Origin: Octopus vulgaris | Taxonomy: Eukaryota | DNA: 64,000 bases | Direction of reading: 5' to 3' | Assembly (NCBI GenBank): GCA_951406725.2 | Contig: OX597834.1 | Coordinates: 19,778,001-19,842,000, forward strand | In this document: positions 1-12,409 of the stretch, piece by piece | How the letters are laid out: every line of letters begins with the position of its first letter | Numbering within the stretch: position 1 is the first letter of the stretch | Position numbers and translations under genes: made by a program | Notes under the pieces: model-generated | What the model saw: the letters and a program-made list of their open reading frames with translations, nothing else | Told to the model about the DNA's origin: nothing | Databases searched by the model: none

Positions 1-281
1 TAAAGATACATAAATATACATATATACATATTGGCTGAGTAGCTAGTGTAAGAGAAGATGGCTTGGCAATTTTTGTATTCATTTCCTCTGTTAGGTTTTG
101 AGTTCAGATCCTATCCAGTCAAACTTTATCTTACACCTTTTCATGAAAATATATATACTAGTTTACGAATACTGTGCTAAATTAAATTTTCTCCAACATA
201 TGTATTCCTCACTCAAAGAATGCCCGTCTGTCGTAGAATTACTCCTTTTAGCCTTCTCAGTAGACTGGAGCAACGTGAAAT

Positions 282-691
282 ACTCTTTACTCTTTTACTT
301 GTTTCAGTCACTTGACTGTAGCCATGCTGGAGCACCGCCTTTAGTCGAGCAAATCGACCCCAGGACTTATTCTTTATAAGCTTAGTATTTATTCCATCGG
401 TCTCTATTGCCAAACCGCTAAGTGACGGGGACGTAAACACACCCGCATCGGTTGTCAAGTGATGTTGGGTGGACAAACACAGACACACAAACATATACAT
501 ACACACACACACACATATATACACTTACGACAGGCTTCTTTCAGTTTTTGTCTACCAAATCCACTCACAAGGCTTTGGTCGGCCCAAGACTATAGTAGAA
601 GACACTTGCCCAAGGTGCCACGCAGTGGGACTGAACCCGGAACCGTGTGGTTGGTAAGCAAGCTACTTACCACACAGCCACTCCTGCGCCT
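282..691 (-). mobile_element. tRNA-derived SINE, family A, near full length; nested in an older family-C SINE (~247-800)
   Basis: Minus-strand head GGCGCAGGAGTGGCTGTGTGGTAAG with A box and B box GGTTCAGTCC, internal (TG)n, TAAAAGAG tail; TGAAAT on both sides; many copies in the window. Confidence 0.85.
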
Positions 692-1117
692 GAAATGAAG
701 TGTTTTGCTCAAGAACACAATGCATTGCTTGGCCTAGGGATTGAAACCATGATCTTACAATCAGATGTCCAACACCCTAACCACTAAGCCATGTGCCTCC
801 ACTTTCGAATGAAATTACTGTTCGTATATTATTAAGTTTACAAGAAACTAAACTATTGTTTAATTATCCCTTTATGACTCTTCCATCCATACTGATTAGT
901 TTTCATGTTATTTAATTGTTATTAATTGCTGGATAACAATTAAACTTTATGTATTAATTAATGGCTTAAGTTGTGATAGAAGAGAGAAATTTAACTTTGA
1001 ATACTTTAAAACAGACAGATGGCTGGTTGTAACATAGTCATATAAATGGTTTTAAATGAGTTGATGTCAAAAACATTCAGAAATAAATTTATTAATGTCA
1101 TGGCTTTGCTGTTTTAT

Positions 1118-1260
1118 TTAGCAGCTCTAATATTGGAAGTTCCTGATATAGATTTCCCTCGAATAAATAATACTAGATTCTGGCTTCTTCTTCCTTCCTT
1201 AACTTGGCTGCAAACCTCAGCTACAGTGGAAGGAGATATGGAACTGGATAAACTGTTTAT
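1118..1260 (+). pseudogene. cox1: NUMT: decayed fragment of mitochondrial cytochrome c oxidase subunit I
   Basis: Invertebrate mitochondrial code gives [36 protein letters not shown] then, after a frameshift, GTG*TVY; matches the COI motif [25 protein letters not shown]...VESGxGTGWTVY. Confidence 0.88.
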
Positions 1261-1310
1261 TTGTACTTATCAAGAAATTTAATGATGATATATATATATA
1301 TATATATATA

Positions 1311-1682
1311 GCTGACCAGAAAAGAATTAATGCATTCGACCTTTGGTGTTGGAGAAGATTTTTACGGATTCCATGGACAGCAAAGCTCACCAATGGAGAA
1401 GTTCTTAAGCAGATTAGGTCGAAAATGTCGCTAGAAGCTAGGATCACCAAGCATAGATTGGCATATTTCGGTCATATTATGTGGAGAAAATCCCTGGAGA
1501 AGGACATCATGCTCGGAATGGTCAGTAGCAAGAGAGGAAGAGGCCGACCAAGAACCTGCTGGCTTGACAGCATCAAGAGTGATACTGGAATGGATATAGC
1601 CAATCTGAAGGAAGCGGCTCAGGATAGAACTGACTGGAGGACACTTATCCAACGAGTAACCGAGAGTCGACTTCGACTGAGC
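1311..1682 (+). mobile_element. RTE-clade LINE, 5'-truncated ORF2 C-terminus
   Basis: RINAFDLWCWRRFLRIPWTAK...YFGHIMWRKSLEKDIMLGMVSSKRGRGRPRTCWLDSIK...AQDRTDWR; between (TA)n tracts. Confidence 0.9.
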
Positions 1683-2091
1683 ATATATATATATATATAT
1701 CATCATTAAATTGAACTCTGTAAACTTGAACTCCGTAAAGACAGATGAATAAGCATTTCACCTGGTATGCTAATGTTTCTGCCAGCTTGCTTCCTTACAA
1801 TAACAATAATATTATACATATCTCTATGTGATATGTGAATGAGAATGCATGGTCTAGTGGTTAGGGTGTTGCCCCCATGATTGTGAGATCATGGTTTCAA
1901 TACTTTGATCGGGTGGTGCATTGGATTTTTGAGCAAAACACTTCATCTCATGTAGTTCCATGAACACTTCAATACCTGATGTGTGGTACACTGTGCACCT
2001 GTTCAGGTAATGTCAACTTGATGGAGAGAGTTAGCTAATGTACAATGTACAGCACATACATTTGATCATTAGAAACAAATCATTTGTAAGG

Positions 2092-2303
2092 CTGTGAGCT
2101 GGCAGAAATGTTAGCACACCAGGTGAAATGTCTAGCGGTATTTCATTTATCTTTATGTTCTGAGTTCAAATTCCGCTGAGGTCGACTTCACCTTTCATCC
2201 TTTCAGGGTCGATAAATTAGGTACCAGTTGTGAACTGGGGTCTATCTAATCGATTGGCCCCCTCCCAAAAAATGTCAGGCTTTGTGCCTAGAGTAGAAAA
2301 GAA
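2092..2303 (+). mobile_element. SINE family B
   Basis: GAGCTGGCAGAAATGTTAGCA head, GAGTTCAAATTCC B box, CCTTTCATCCTTTCAGGGTCGATAAATT central domain. Confidence 0.8.
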
Positions 2304-2899
2304 ACTGATCATTTGTGCCGGTCATTAGGCAAAAGCTGAACTCTCATACAGCACCTTCGACTGTCCATCATGTGAGTGTACATGTGTTTGCATTTGACCT
2401 CCATTACACGATAAGCGCAGTTAGTTTGTTTATGTCCCTATTTCACAAATAAAGAGACTAACAGAAATTGCACCAGACAAAAATGATAAGAACAGAGGTC
2501 AACCAGTTTGATGAAATACTTCAAGGTGTTGCTCCAGCATGGCTGCTATCTAATATCTGAAACGAATAGAAAACCAAAAAATAAAATAGTCAAGAATATA
2601 AATGTTTTGTCATGGAGTAGAGGTGGTGGTGGTGTTGTTAATGCAGTATATTTTATTAAATAAATTACATATTTGTTGTATGTATTCATATCTAACATTA
2701 GAAATTAAATACAAAACATAAGAGATAAAATTGCATGGGGCGGGGATAGCATTTTGCATTTTGTACTCAAGGGTAAAATATAATATATTGCTGAGTTTTA
2801 GGTACAAAGCATAGGTGTATGTGTGTGTGGATTGTGATATATTTGATATTACATTGTACTGAAGTAAATATAAGTTTAATAAAAGAATAAATGTGTGTG

Positions 2900-2939
<40 letters not shown>

Positions 2940-3077
2940 CATATGTATGTATACAAAATACATATGTATATTTACATACATACATGCACATATATACAGG
3001 CATACATTCATTAACATATAGATGCACAGACATACATATATTGATATATATATATATCCATACATATGTATACCTAC

Positions 3078-3483
<406 letters not shown>

Positions 3484-3484
<1 letters not shown>

Positions 3485-4855
3485 ACGGGAAGCTTTATGA
3501 AAATAAACAAAAGACGAAGGCAGGTGGAAAACAAACGAACAATTGTATTAGTATGGCGCTCAGGAAATATAAATAAAACAAGTCTTTAACGTTTCGAGCC
3601 TACGCTCTTCAACAGAAAGATATGCGTGCAGTAGCTAACGAATCAACATGGCGATCTGATTTCGCCAGAGGTCAAAGATCAAACATGAGACGCGAGAGCG
3701 AAATAAGGGGAGATAATAGGGTTGATAAAAGGGTTGAGGGACCAGCTAAAAGTGCGTGGAGGGGTCTGGATGTGTGTATGTATAGGGTTGGTGTATGTAT
3801 TAGTATGTATAGGGTGTGTGTGTGTGTGTGTGTGTGTGTATGAGAGAGTATTAGTGCGTAAGATTGGTCTGGACGTGCGTATGTATGGGGTTGGTGTATG
3901 TATTAGTATGTATTAGTATGTATTAGTACGTATTGGTATGTATAGGGTGTGTGTGTGTGTGTGTGAGAGTATAAGTGCGTATGCGGGGTCTGGACGTGTG
4001 TATGTATAGGGTTGGTGTAAGTATTAGTATGTACTAGTATGTATTAGTACGTATTAGTAGGTATTAGTTGGTGTGTGTATTAGTATGGCACATCATATGT
4101 GATGTGATGTGTAAAGTCATGTGGTGTAGTGAGGAGAAGAGGGGAGGGGGAGGAGGGGGAGAGAAGAGGGGGAGAGAAGGGGAGGGGAAGAAGAGGGGGA
4201 GGAGAAGGGGGAGAGGAGAGGATGGGGAGAAGGAAGGGGATGAGGGGGATGAAGGAGGAAAGAGGGAGAGGGGAGAGAGAAGGGGAGAGAGGGAGTGAGG
4301 GAGCAGAGGGAAGGGGAAGAGGGAGGGAGAAAGAGGGAAGAAGGGAAGGGAGTAGGGGTGAAAGGATGAAGGACTGAAGAAGTAGGGGTCGGGGGAGAAA
4401 GGATAGGTGAGGAGGGGGTGAGGTTAGATGAGGAGGGGGAGAGTTGAGACCAAATGGCGTATAAGAGCGAAGAGAGAAGATTAATTCCTGTTCACGGCGC
4501 AAATCCGGATGGCCTCTGTGTAAGGACAAACCGAACACAGATAGGTGTTGCAAGGATGATGAGCGGAAATGGCGTGAGACCGGTGTGTCGTTCGCAAGGT
4601 GGATGTCACGAAGGTGTTCCGCGAACCGGTCAGCCAAGCGGCGTCCCGTTTGTCCGATGTACAAGGAATTGCAGAGAGAGCAAGAGATGCAATAGATAAT
4701 ATTGCTGGAGGTGCAGGTGAAGGATGGATGATGGGATAGGGTCGATGGTGGGTGCTAGTGAGGCGGGTGGTGTTGGAGATGTAGGGCAAGTGCGGCAACG
4801 TGGGCGGGAGCAGGGGAACGAGCCGGGTTGGGAGGTAGGGTCAGGGAAGGAGCTA
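3484..4855 (-). mobile_element. Penelope-like element, 3' part: Cys-rich linker, GIY-YIG endonuclease and 3' repeat region
   Basis: With frameshifts reads [61 protein letters not shown]...REQELIFSLRSYTPFGLN; (TA)n on both sides. Confidence 0.92.
3583..3620 (-). ncRNA. Minimal type-I hammerhead-ribozyme-like motif (U6 variant)
   Basis: TCTTT-CTGTTGA-A-GAGC gtag GCTC-GAAA-CG-T-T-AAAGA: stem I TCTTT/AAAGA, stem II GAGC/GCTC, palindromic AACGTT. Confidence 0.7.
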
Positions 4856-4891
4856 TGTATATATATGTATATATATATATGTATATATATG

Positions 4892-4940
<49 letters not shown>

Positions 4941-4941
4941 G

Positions 4942-4975
<34 letters not shown>

Positions 4976-5080
4976 TGTATATATATATATACATACACAT
5001 GTATATATATATATATACATGTGTATATATATATATACATACACATGTATATATATATGCATATATATAAATATATATAT

Positions 5081-5130
<50 letters not shown>

Positions 5131-5422
5131 TCATATATATATCTATACACACACACATTAATATGATGTGAGGGTGAGGAGAGGCGTTTGGTATTGATTG
5201 TTGTAGAAAAAAAAAACAAAATAAAAAAGCAACTAAAATAATGAAAAAAATGAAAATAGAAAATGTCAATTATTCTGCAGACATATGCTGATATATCTTC
5301 AGCCTGTCAGGAATTTGGTTCTTATACTATGCCTTACCATTATTGCCATTCTATGACACATATACATAGAAATACACACATAAATACACATCTGAATACA
5401 CAGAGATACCGACACACATATA

Positions 5423-5460
<38 letters not shown>

Positions 5461-5755
5461 TACACATACACACACTTAAACACACACATAGATGTATTTG
5501 CACAGATGCACGCATGTGAAGTTAGTGTGTGATTTAAAGATTTATTCTTCAGGTTTTGGAGATTTGAACTGGAACCAGATTTCAAAAGATTCTGTTGCAA
5601 AAACCATTAGAATATGTGGGCACAGGAATTTGTTTAACAGCAGCCTTTGGAATTGAAGAGAAGAACTTCATTTATGCTTTGGGTGTTTGGATGTCAAGAT
5701 GTTGGATGCTACAATGATGAACAGAGATACATACATACATACATACATACATACA

Positions 5756-5791
<36 letters not shown>

Positions 5792-6219
5792 TACATATAT
5801 ATATCTGTGCACACATACACACATATTTATAAACACACACACACATATATATGTATGTGCATACACACACACATATTTATATACATACATATACATATAT
5901 ATATATTCAGACACACACACGCACACACATGGACACACACATACACCTTTGTATGTTTTTGTACTCCCATACGCACATGCACATATGCATGTATTCTGGT
6001 ATGTGTTTTCCAGCCCATAGGCTGTGGCCATGCTGGGGTATATATATATATATATATACATACATACACATATGTATGTATTTATTGATATATCTGTATC
6101 TATCTGTCTATTCTATATACATACATACATACATATATATATGTGGATTTTCTGAGTACCTCAATTCTTCTAATATATATATATATATATATCTTCATCA
6201 TCATCAACACTGTTTAATG

Positions 6220-6250
<31 letters not shown>

Positions 6251-7593
6251 ATATATATATATATATACACATTGTATGTGTGTAGAGAGAGGGAAGGAGA
6301 GAGAGGAGATGTATGGTTGAGAGGCAGAGATATGAAGAGTTTAATATAAGTGTTTTGTGGCTGTGACATCTTTATTCCCTCAATCCATTGAAATTTAGTC
6401 ATCTTCATGAAATCTCCAAACCCCTCCTGCCTTGCCCTCTTCCCTCGTTCTTCTGCACACTGAACAACTGATAGGGTCAGGGAGGTTGCACCCCACCACG
6501 CCTTTCAGTGCTCACCCCACCTGCCAAACTGCCCAGCCAGATTGCTTACAATAAATCATCTGTTGCATGTGGAGGGTGGAGAGAGGGAGGGAGTGTCTTA
6601 CCTCTTCTAGCTTACTTCTTTCTCATTCATTCATTTATTCACTACTACTACTACTAATACTACTACTACTACTACCGTTGCTGCTACCACCATTACTGAT
6701 GCTGCGGCTACTTCACCTAGTTCTTTTACTTCTTTTTCTTCTTTTTTGTCTTCTTCCTCCTTTCCTCTTCCTCTCCTCTTCCTCCTCATTTTCTTCCTCC
6801 TCTTCCTCTTATCCCTCCTCCTCTTCCTCCTTCTTCTTCAGACCAATCTTAGACAGGTTTTAGCAACAAATCTTCCTAATTTTAATTCAAGATGAGAAGG
6901 TTTCAGGAGAAGGGGGAAATTAGCCAATTACATAGACCCCCCCAGTACTTGACTGGTACCTTGTTTTACCAACCCCTAAAGGATGAAAGGAAAAGTTTAC
7001 CCAGGAGGAAAGAAGTGTGGTAAGGTGGTTGCTTCCTGATGAAATTCCCTCTCTTCGTGCTTGTTTTCGATCAGCCCTAATTCTGGAAAATCATCACCGC
7101 TCTCCCTTACTGTTTCATTAACCACCTGCTCTTCCCACGTGGATTGTTTGGTAAAAAGCAAAAAAAAAAATACCAGACTTTAAAGAAAGATACTAGAGCC
7201 AATTCTTTCGACTAAAAAGCCCTTCAAAGCAGTGCTCCAGCATGGCCACAGCTGAATGTCAAAAATGACCGAAAGGTAAAAGATAAAAGACATCTATGTC
7301 ATCATGGTCATCTTAAGGGCCACTTGCCCCGTGGTGTTATGGATGGAATTTATTGTTTGTCAACCTTCATCTGATTCCAAGCGAGATAATCTTTTTCTGT
7401 GGTCAGATATATTTTTCACAGAATATTGGAAAGTGGATGAAAATGGCACTGCTTTGTATGACAGTGATATCATTTACAATAATCACATGATCAAGACAAA
7501 AAAGACACAAACACATACACTTGCACATACATACACATATATATAAATGTATATACATATTGATACATATGTAAGTATGTATACATACATATA

Positions 7594-7630
<37 letters not shown>

Positions 7631-7631
<1 letters not shown>

Positions 7632-7822
7632 GTCGCCATGATAGATTGTTAGCCACTACACACATTTTTTCTCTCCTTGTTTTTGCTGTGTCCCTTTCTG
7701 TAGAGGAGCGTAGGCTCGAAACATAAAAGACTTTTTCTATACCTGAGCATTATACTAATACATCTGTTTGTTTTGTACACCACCTATCTTTGTCTTTTGT
7801 TTTTTTTCGTAAACCCTCCCTA
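7631..7822 (+). mobile_element. Penelope-derived 3' tail fragment with hammerhead-like motif (7694-7729)
   Basis: Homologous to 3484-3660; CTTT-CTGTAGA-G-GAGCgtagGCTC-GAAACATA-AAAG; (TA)n flanks. Confidence 0.8.
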
Positions 7823-7842
7823 TGTATATATATACATATATA

Positions 7843-8043
7843 ATAGGCTGGCGTATAATTATTGCGACATTTTTCAATAAATTTTATTCATCAAAAACAA
7901 TAACAACATGTAACAAAAACAACTCTAAATGATTATTCTGGAGCATCTTCACCATCTACTTCAATTACTGCTTGGTGTTTTGTTAAAATTTTGTTGAATA
8001 AAATTTATTAAAAAATAGCTGCAATAATTGTGCACCAACATAT
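7843..8043. mobile_element. Mariner-type MITE
   Basis: Imperfect TIRs ATAGGCTGGCGTATAATTATTGCG / TGCAATAATTGTGCACCAACATAT resembling Hsmar1/MADE1-type ends; TA flanks. Confidence 0.7.
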
Positions 8044-8416
8044 ATATAGATATATGTATGTATATATATATATAGAACTTAATTGGAAAAGGATGCGTGG
8101 CGTTCGATCATATGATAATATAAATAATATATAAATATATGCATATATACATACATATATGTACATACTACATACATATGCATATATGGGTACACGACAT
8201 AAAAAAAACGTTGAACACAATGAGAAGCGAAAACATAGAAACAAAAACATAGAAAGCGAATTTACTTATCACTGCTTAGCACTCCACTTCCATAGATTAT
8301 TCTATCAGCCTCTTTTGCCAAACTGCTAAGTTACAGGGATGTAAACACACCAACACCAGTTGTCAAGAAGTGGTGGGGGACAATCACAAACACAGAGACA
8401 CACACATATATATATA

Positions 8417-9008
8417 TGGTGGTTGTCTACTCCTTATGCAGAGCTTGACCATTCCTGTACCTACACTTTAGAACTATCATGGCATCTGATGTGGCTTTTT
8501 AATCCAATCAATATTCTGAAAAGTCACCCACATAGATTGCACATCTGATTTGGACCAGCAAGAGCTGCAGATAAGTACTCATCTTTGTGGATCTTAAAAT
8601 GTCTTTTGAGGCCTCCATTAGATTTGCAAACCTTCTGGCATACACTGCATTCAAGGCTGTGCACAGACATATAGGTAGAATAGTTGGTGGAGGTTTGTTT
8701 TCCATGGGTTCACAAATGAGATTTGAGCCCTGCAAAAGAAAGGCATGCGCAAAAAGGTCATTGTGATTCACCTTCTCAATCATAACATTCTTCCTTAAAT
8801 CTCTCGAGTCTTGCATGTGTTATCCTGGCCTCTTCAAGTGCGTTCACTCCACTCCACACTTTTGTTCACCATCCAGTTCAATCCGAAGCAAGGGTTTCTA
8901 TATCCTCTGGATCCAGTCCAAGTGACTTCATAGTAGTCCTAAAACCGTTCTTAAACCTTTTTTTAGGTTTACACCAATAGCGTTTCCTCTCTGCAAGCTC
9001 ACCATAAT
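8417..9008 (-). mobile_element. RTE-clade LINE 3' end with three C2H2 zinc fingers, inserted inside a family-A SINE (~8300-9200)
   Basis: One frame: YGELAERKR..KPKKRFKN..ETLASD*TGW...CLSFAGLKSHL*TH...CSVCQKVCKSNGGLKRHFKIH...CNLCG*LFRILIGLKSHIRCH..SKV*; short 3' UTR and CCA-type tail. Confidence 0.85.
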
Positions 9009-9344
9009 ATATATATATAGATATATAACAGACAGGTTTCTTTCGGTGTCTGATTACCAAATCTACTTAGAAGCCTTTGATTAGCCCAAGATTATAGTGG
9101 AAGGAAGACACTTGTTAAGGGTACCACACAGTGGGACTGAACCCAGACCCCCAGAACCATGTAGTTGGGAAGTGAGCTGTTTACTACATAGCCACACCTA
9201 TGTGTGTGTGGTGGGGGATTACACAATGATGTATCTTGCCATTATTCTGTATTTCATATTCCATTGATAAACAACAACTAGAACACATACACATTTCCAT
9301 GTATGTGTATACACACATATATATATATACACACACATACATAT

Positions 9345-9388
<44 letters not shown>

Positions 9389-9588
9389 TTATACATGCCT
9401 TAACATATTTACATAACCAACACACCTGTACTCTTTAATGTCTGACTACATATATTTTAATACATACAACGAATTTACTATTTCTATGTTTTAGTTAGCT
9501 AATTAGATTTCAATCTGAGATATTTAATACAAACATGTGTATGTATATAAACATACATACATACATTTATTATATGTGCATGTATATA

Positions 9589-9624
<36 letters not shown>

Positions 9625-10032
9625 TTTATTTATTTATGTATGTATACATGCATCAATCTTGTTTTGAAGTGAAGTATAATCTTTTATTTTATTTTATTTT
9701 ATAGTTTTTTTTTTATATTTGTTCCTTTAAATTATTTCTGACTATAACGAGACACATCATGTCTCATAAATGTTCTTTTATCCAGAAATTCTACTTAAAA
9801 ATAACAGTAGCCATTTATTAAATAAATGAGATTCTTCTTCATTTTTTTGTACTTTTAGCGCCTGTGAACTGTCATAAGAGTCTACTTTATGAGTTACTGT
9901 GGTTGAAAATTAACTGGTTCTTTTTTCACAGTTAATGGGGAATTGTCCAGACATTATTTCTAAGATCCACTGTATAAAATCAGGATTGTTTAACTTCATT
10001 TTGTCACCACATAAAAAGTGTAATAAATGCAC

Positions 10033-10069
<37 letters not shown>

Positions 10070-10459
10070 GAGAGAGAAATAGATAGCGATATATATATAT
10101 ATATATACACGTACACACGCATAAATACATACAAACATATGCATAAACACACACACATACACCCATACACACACGTACATTTAGTTTAATTTATAGATTT
10201 CTGTAGAATAAACCAGATGCTCTACTGTTATATTTAACTTGTATACACTTCTCTTGTGATATCTAGTCTCCTTGATCTTTGAATATATATATGTGTGTGT
10301 GTGTGCGCGCATGTGTGTGTATGAATATATATATGTATATATATATATATATATATGAATATTTACATAAATATATATACATAAGCAGACACACATATAT
10401 GCTTATATTCAGATATATACATGCACATATATGTGTATATATAATATATAAATGTGCAC

Positions 10460-10500
<41 letters not shown>

Positions 10501-10510
10501 TATATATATT

Positions 10511-10542
<32 letters not shown>

Positions 10543-10695
10543 GAGCATGTATATATCTGAATATATGCACATATATGTGTATTTATAAATGTGTGTATGT
10601 ATATATATTTATGTATATAGATGTATGTATGTATACATAAATATATATAAGCACACACATATATATGCATATATTCAGATATATATATGCACATA

Positions 10696-10768
<73 letters not shown>

Positions 10769-11174
10769 AGACACACGTGTGTGTGCTTGTGTGGTGCGTG
10801 CTTTGTAGTTGAGCTGGACATGAACCTAAAGCTTTCAAATCACTGTTGCTAGCTAGTTATTACTGACCCTGCTCTGTGTTCATCAATCCTTTTGACAGCT
10901 ATTGTCTATTTCGTCTGCCTGGATTTATGTGTGCATATATGTGTGTGTGTGTGTGCTTCCATATATGTGCATCAAAACAGGTGTGTGCATATGTATGTCT
11001 CTTTTGTTTTTAATTATTTGAATTCTTCCTGTAACGAAGGAGCTGATTTCTAACAGAGGTACTAGGCTCCATCGTTGGAACGTAGATAACAGAATCAGTG
11101 TCACATGTCAAACTCGAGAAAAAGTTTTACTGTTCTACCTATGCATATAAGCATGTGAGTATGTATGTATGTAT

Positions 11175-11545
11175 GTAGTGAGAATTTACAAAAAACAAAA
11201 GATGACGACGGGTGTGTAAAGCTCTATCTGCTATGATTTCATCTCAATTGAAGGAGAGGGGCTCTCTCCATCCGGGTTGTGGATCTGTGGAATAAGCTGC
11301 CAGACGAGATAGTGAAGATGCCGACGACTGCTTGGTTCAAAGTCTCCCTTGACCAGAAATGGCCTGAACTCTTTGCATGAACACCACCCTGTACATAACT
11401 CCATGTCCCCCTACATGGCCTTGCTTTTTGCTTTTTGAGCCAAAAAATTAACTTAACTTAACTTAACAAACAGATGTATTAGTTTAATGCTCGGAAAGTG
11501 AGAAAGTCTTTTACATTTCGAGCCTACGCTCTTCGACAGAAAGGT
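11175..11545 (-). mobile_element. Penelope-derived tail with hammerhead-like motif (11508-11543), split by a LINE insertion
   Basis: Halves 11175-11220 and 11466-11545 rejoin to the sequence seen at 29650-29800; core CTGTCGA-A-GAGCgtagGCTC-GAAATGTA. Confidence 0.78.
11219..11466 (+). mobile_element. CR1/L2-group LINE 3' end
   Basis: RRGALSIRVVDLWNKLPDEIVKMPTTAWFKVSLDQKW fits the RVVxxWNxLPxxVV...FKxxLD ORF2 terminus; (AACTT)n tail. Confidence 0.8.
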
Positions 11546-12375
11546 TGAATTCGTCCTTACATCATATGTTGTGAAAAAAGCCTCAACCAAACTGAGAGTT
11601 AGAATTTTTCTCTCTGCCAATTCATGCTTTATGATTCCGCTTTCCTCTCCTCGTAATTTTTCCTCTAAGCGTTTCATATCTCTTTAAAAAAATAAACACC
11701 ATAATTTTGTTTTTTTTAAATCTAGGGAAAAATAATCATACGTGGTCAAACATTAGAATCACAATGTGCAGATGAAAAATTATCTTCGTTAAATAATTAG
11801 CCAGAACATGATTACAGAAACAGAAAGATCCGAGTATGAAATGGCTATTGGTACATCCAGTTAACCGAGATAAAATAATAGGAAATACATACAAAAAGAA
11901 TAAATAAAAACAAAAATACAAGACAAAAGAAAAAATAAGAAAACAACATGATTTTGGGGAGGTCTTTATCAATAATGTAATTCTATTTAAAATGTGCTGA
12001 TTAAAAGTAATAAAAAATGTTTGCTATTCTGTTTTCTCTGTAGGTAATCATATAATCGTATTAGCAAATTATCTATATTTATAGCTTCAAACATATCTAA
12101 TTAACAGTGTGTAACAGCATGTGCAACAGAATATTTTTGCATATATATGTGTGTATGTATGTATGTGTATGCATGTATGTATGCATATATATACGTATAC
12201 ATGTGCATTTCTATGAGTATGCAAGCATGTATATGTATATATGTATATATATGTCTGTGTATATATCTATGTATAGATATATATATATGTATATGTATGT
12301 ATATATATATGTATATGTATATTTATATATATATATACATATATATAGATATGCATATATATATAAATATATATT

Positions 12376-12409
<34 letters not shown>

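Noticed and set aside
5270-5720. Unique stretches with acceptor-like sites (also 26100-26520, 48600-48960, 55000-55500)
   Set aside because: Short frames with no recognisable protein similarity; small exons cannot be excluded without RNA data
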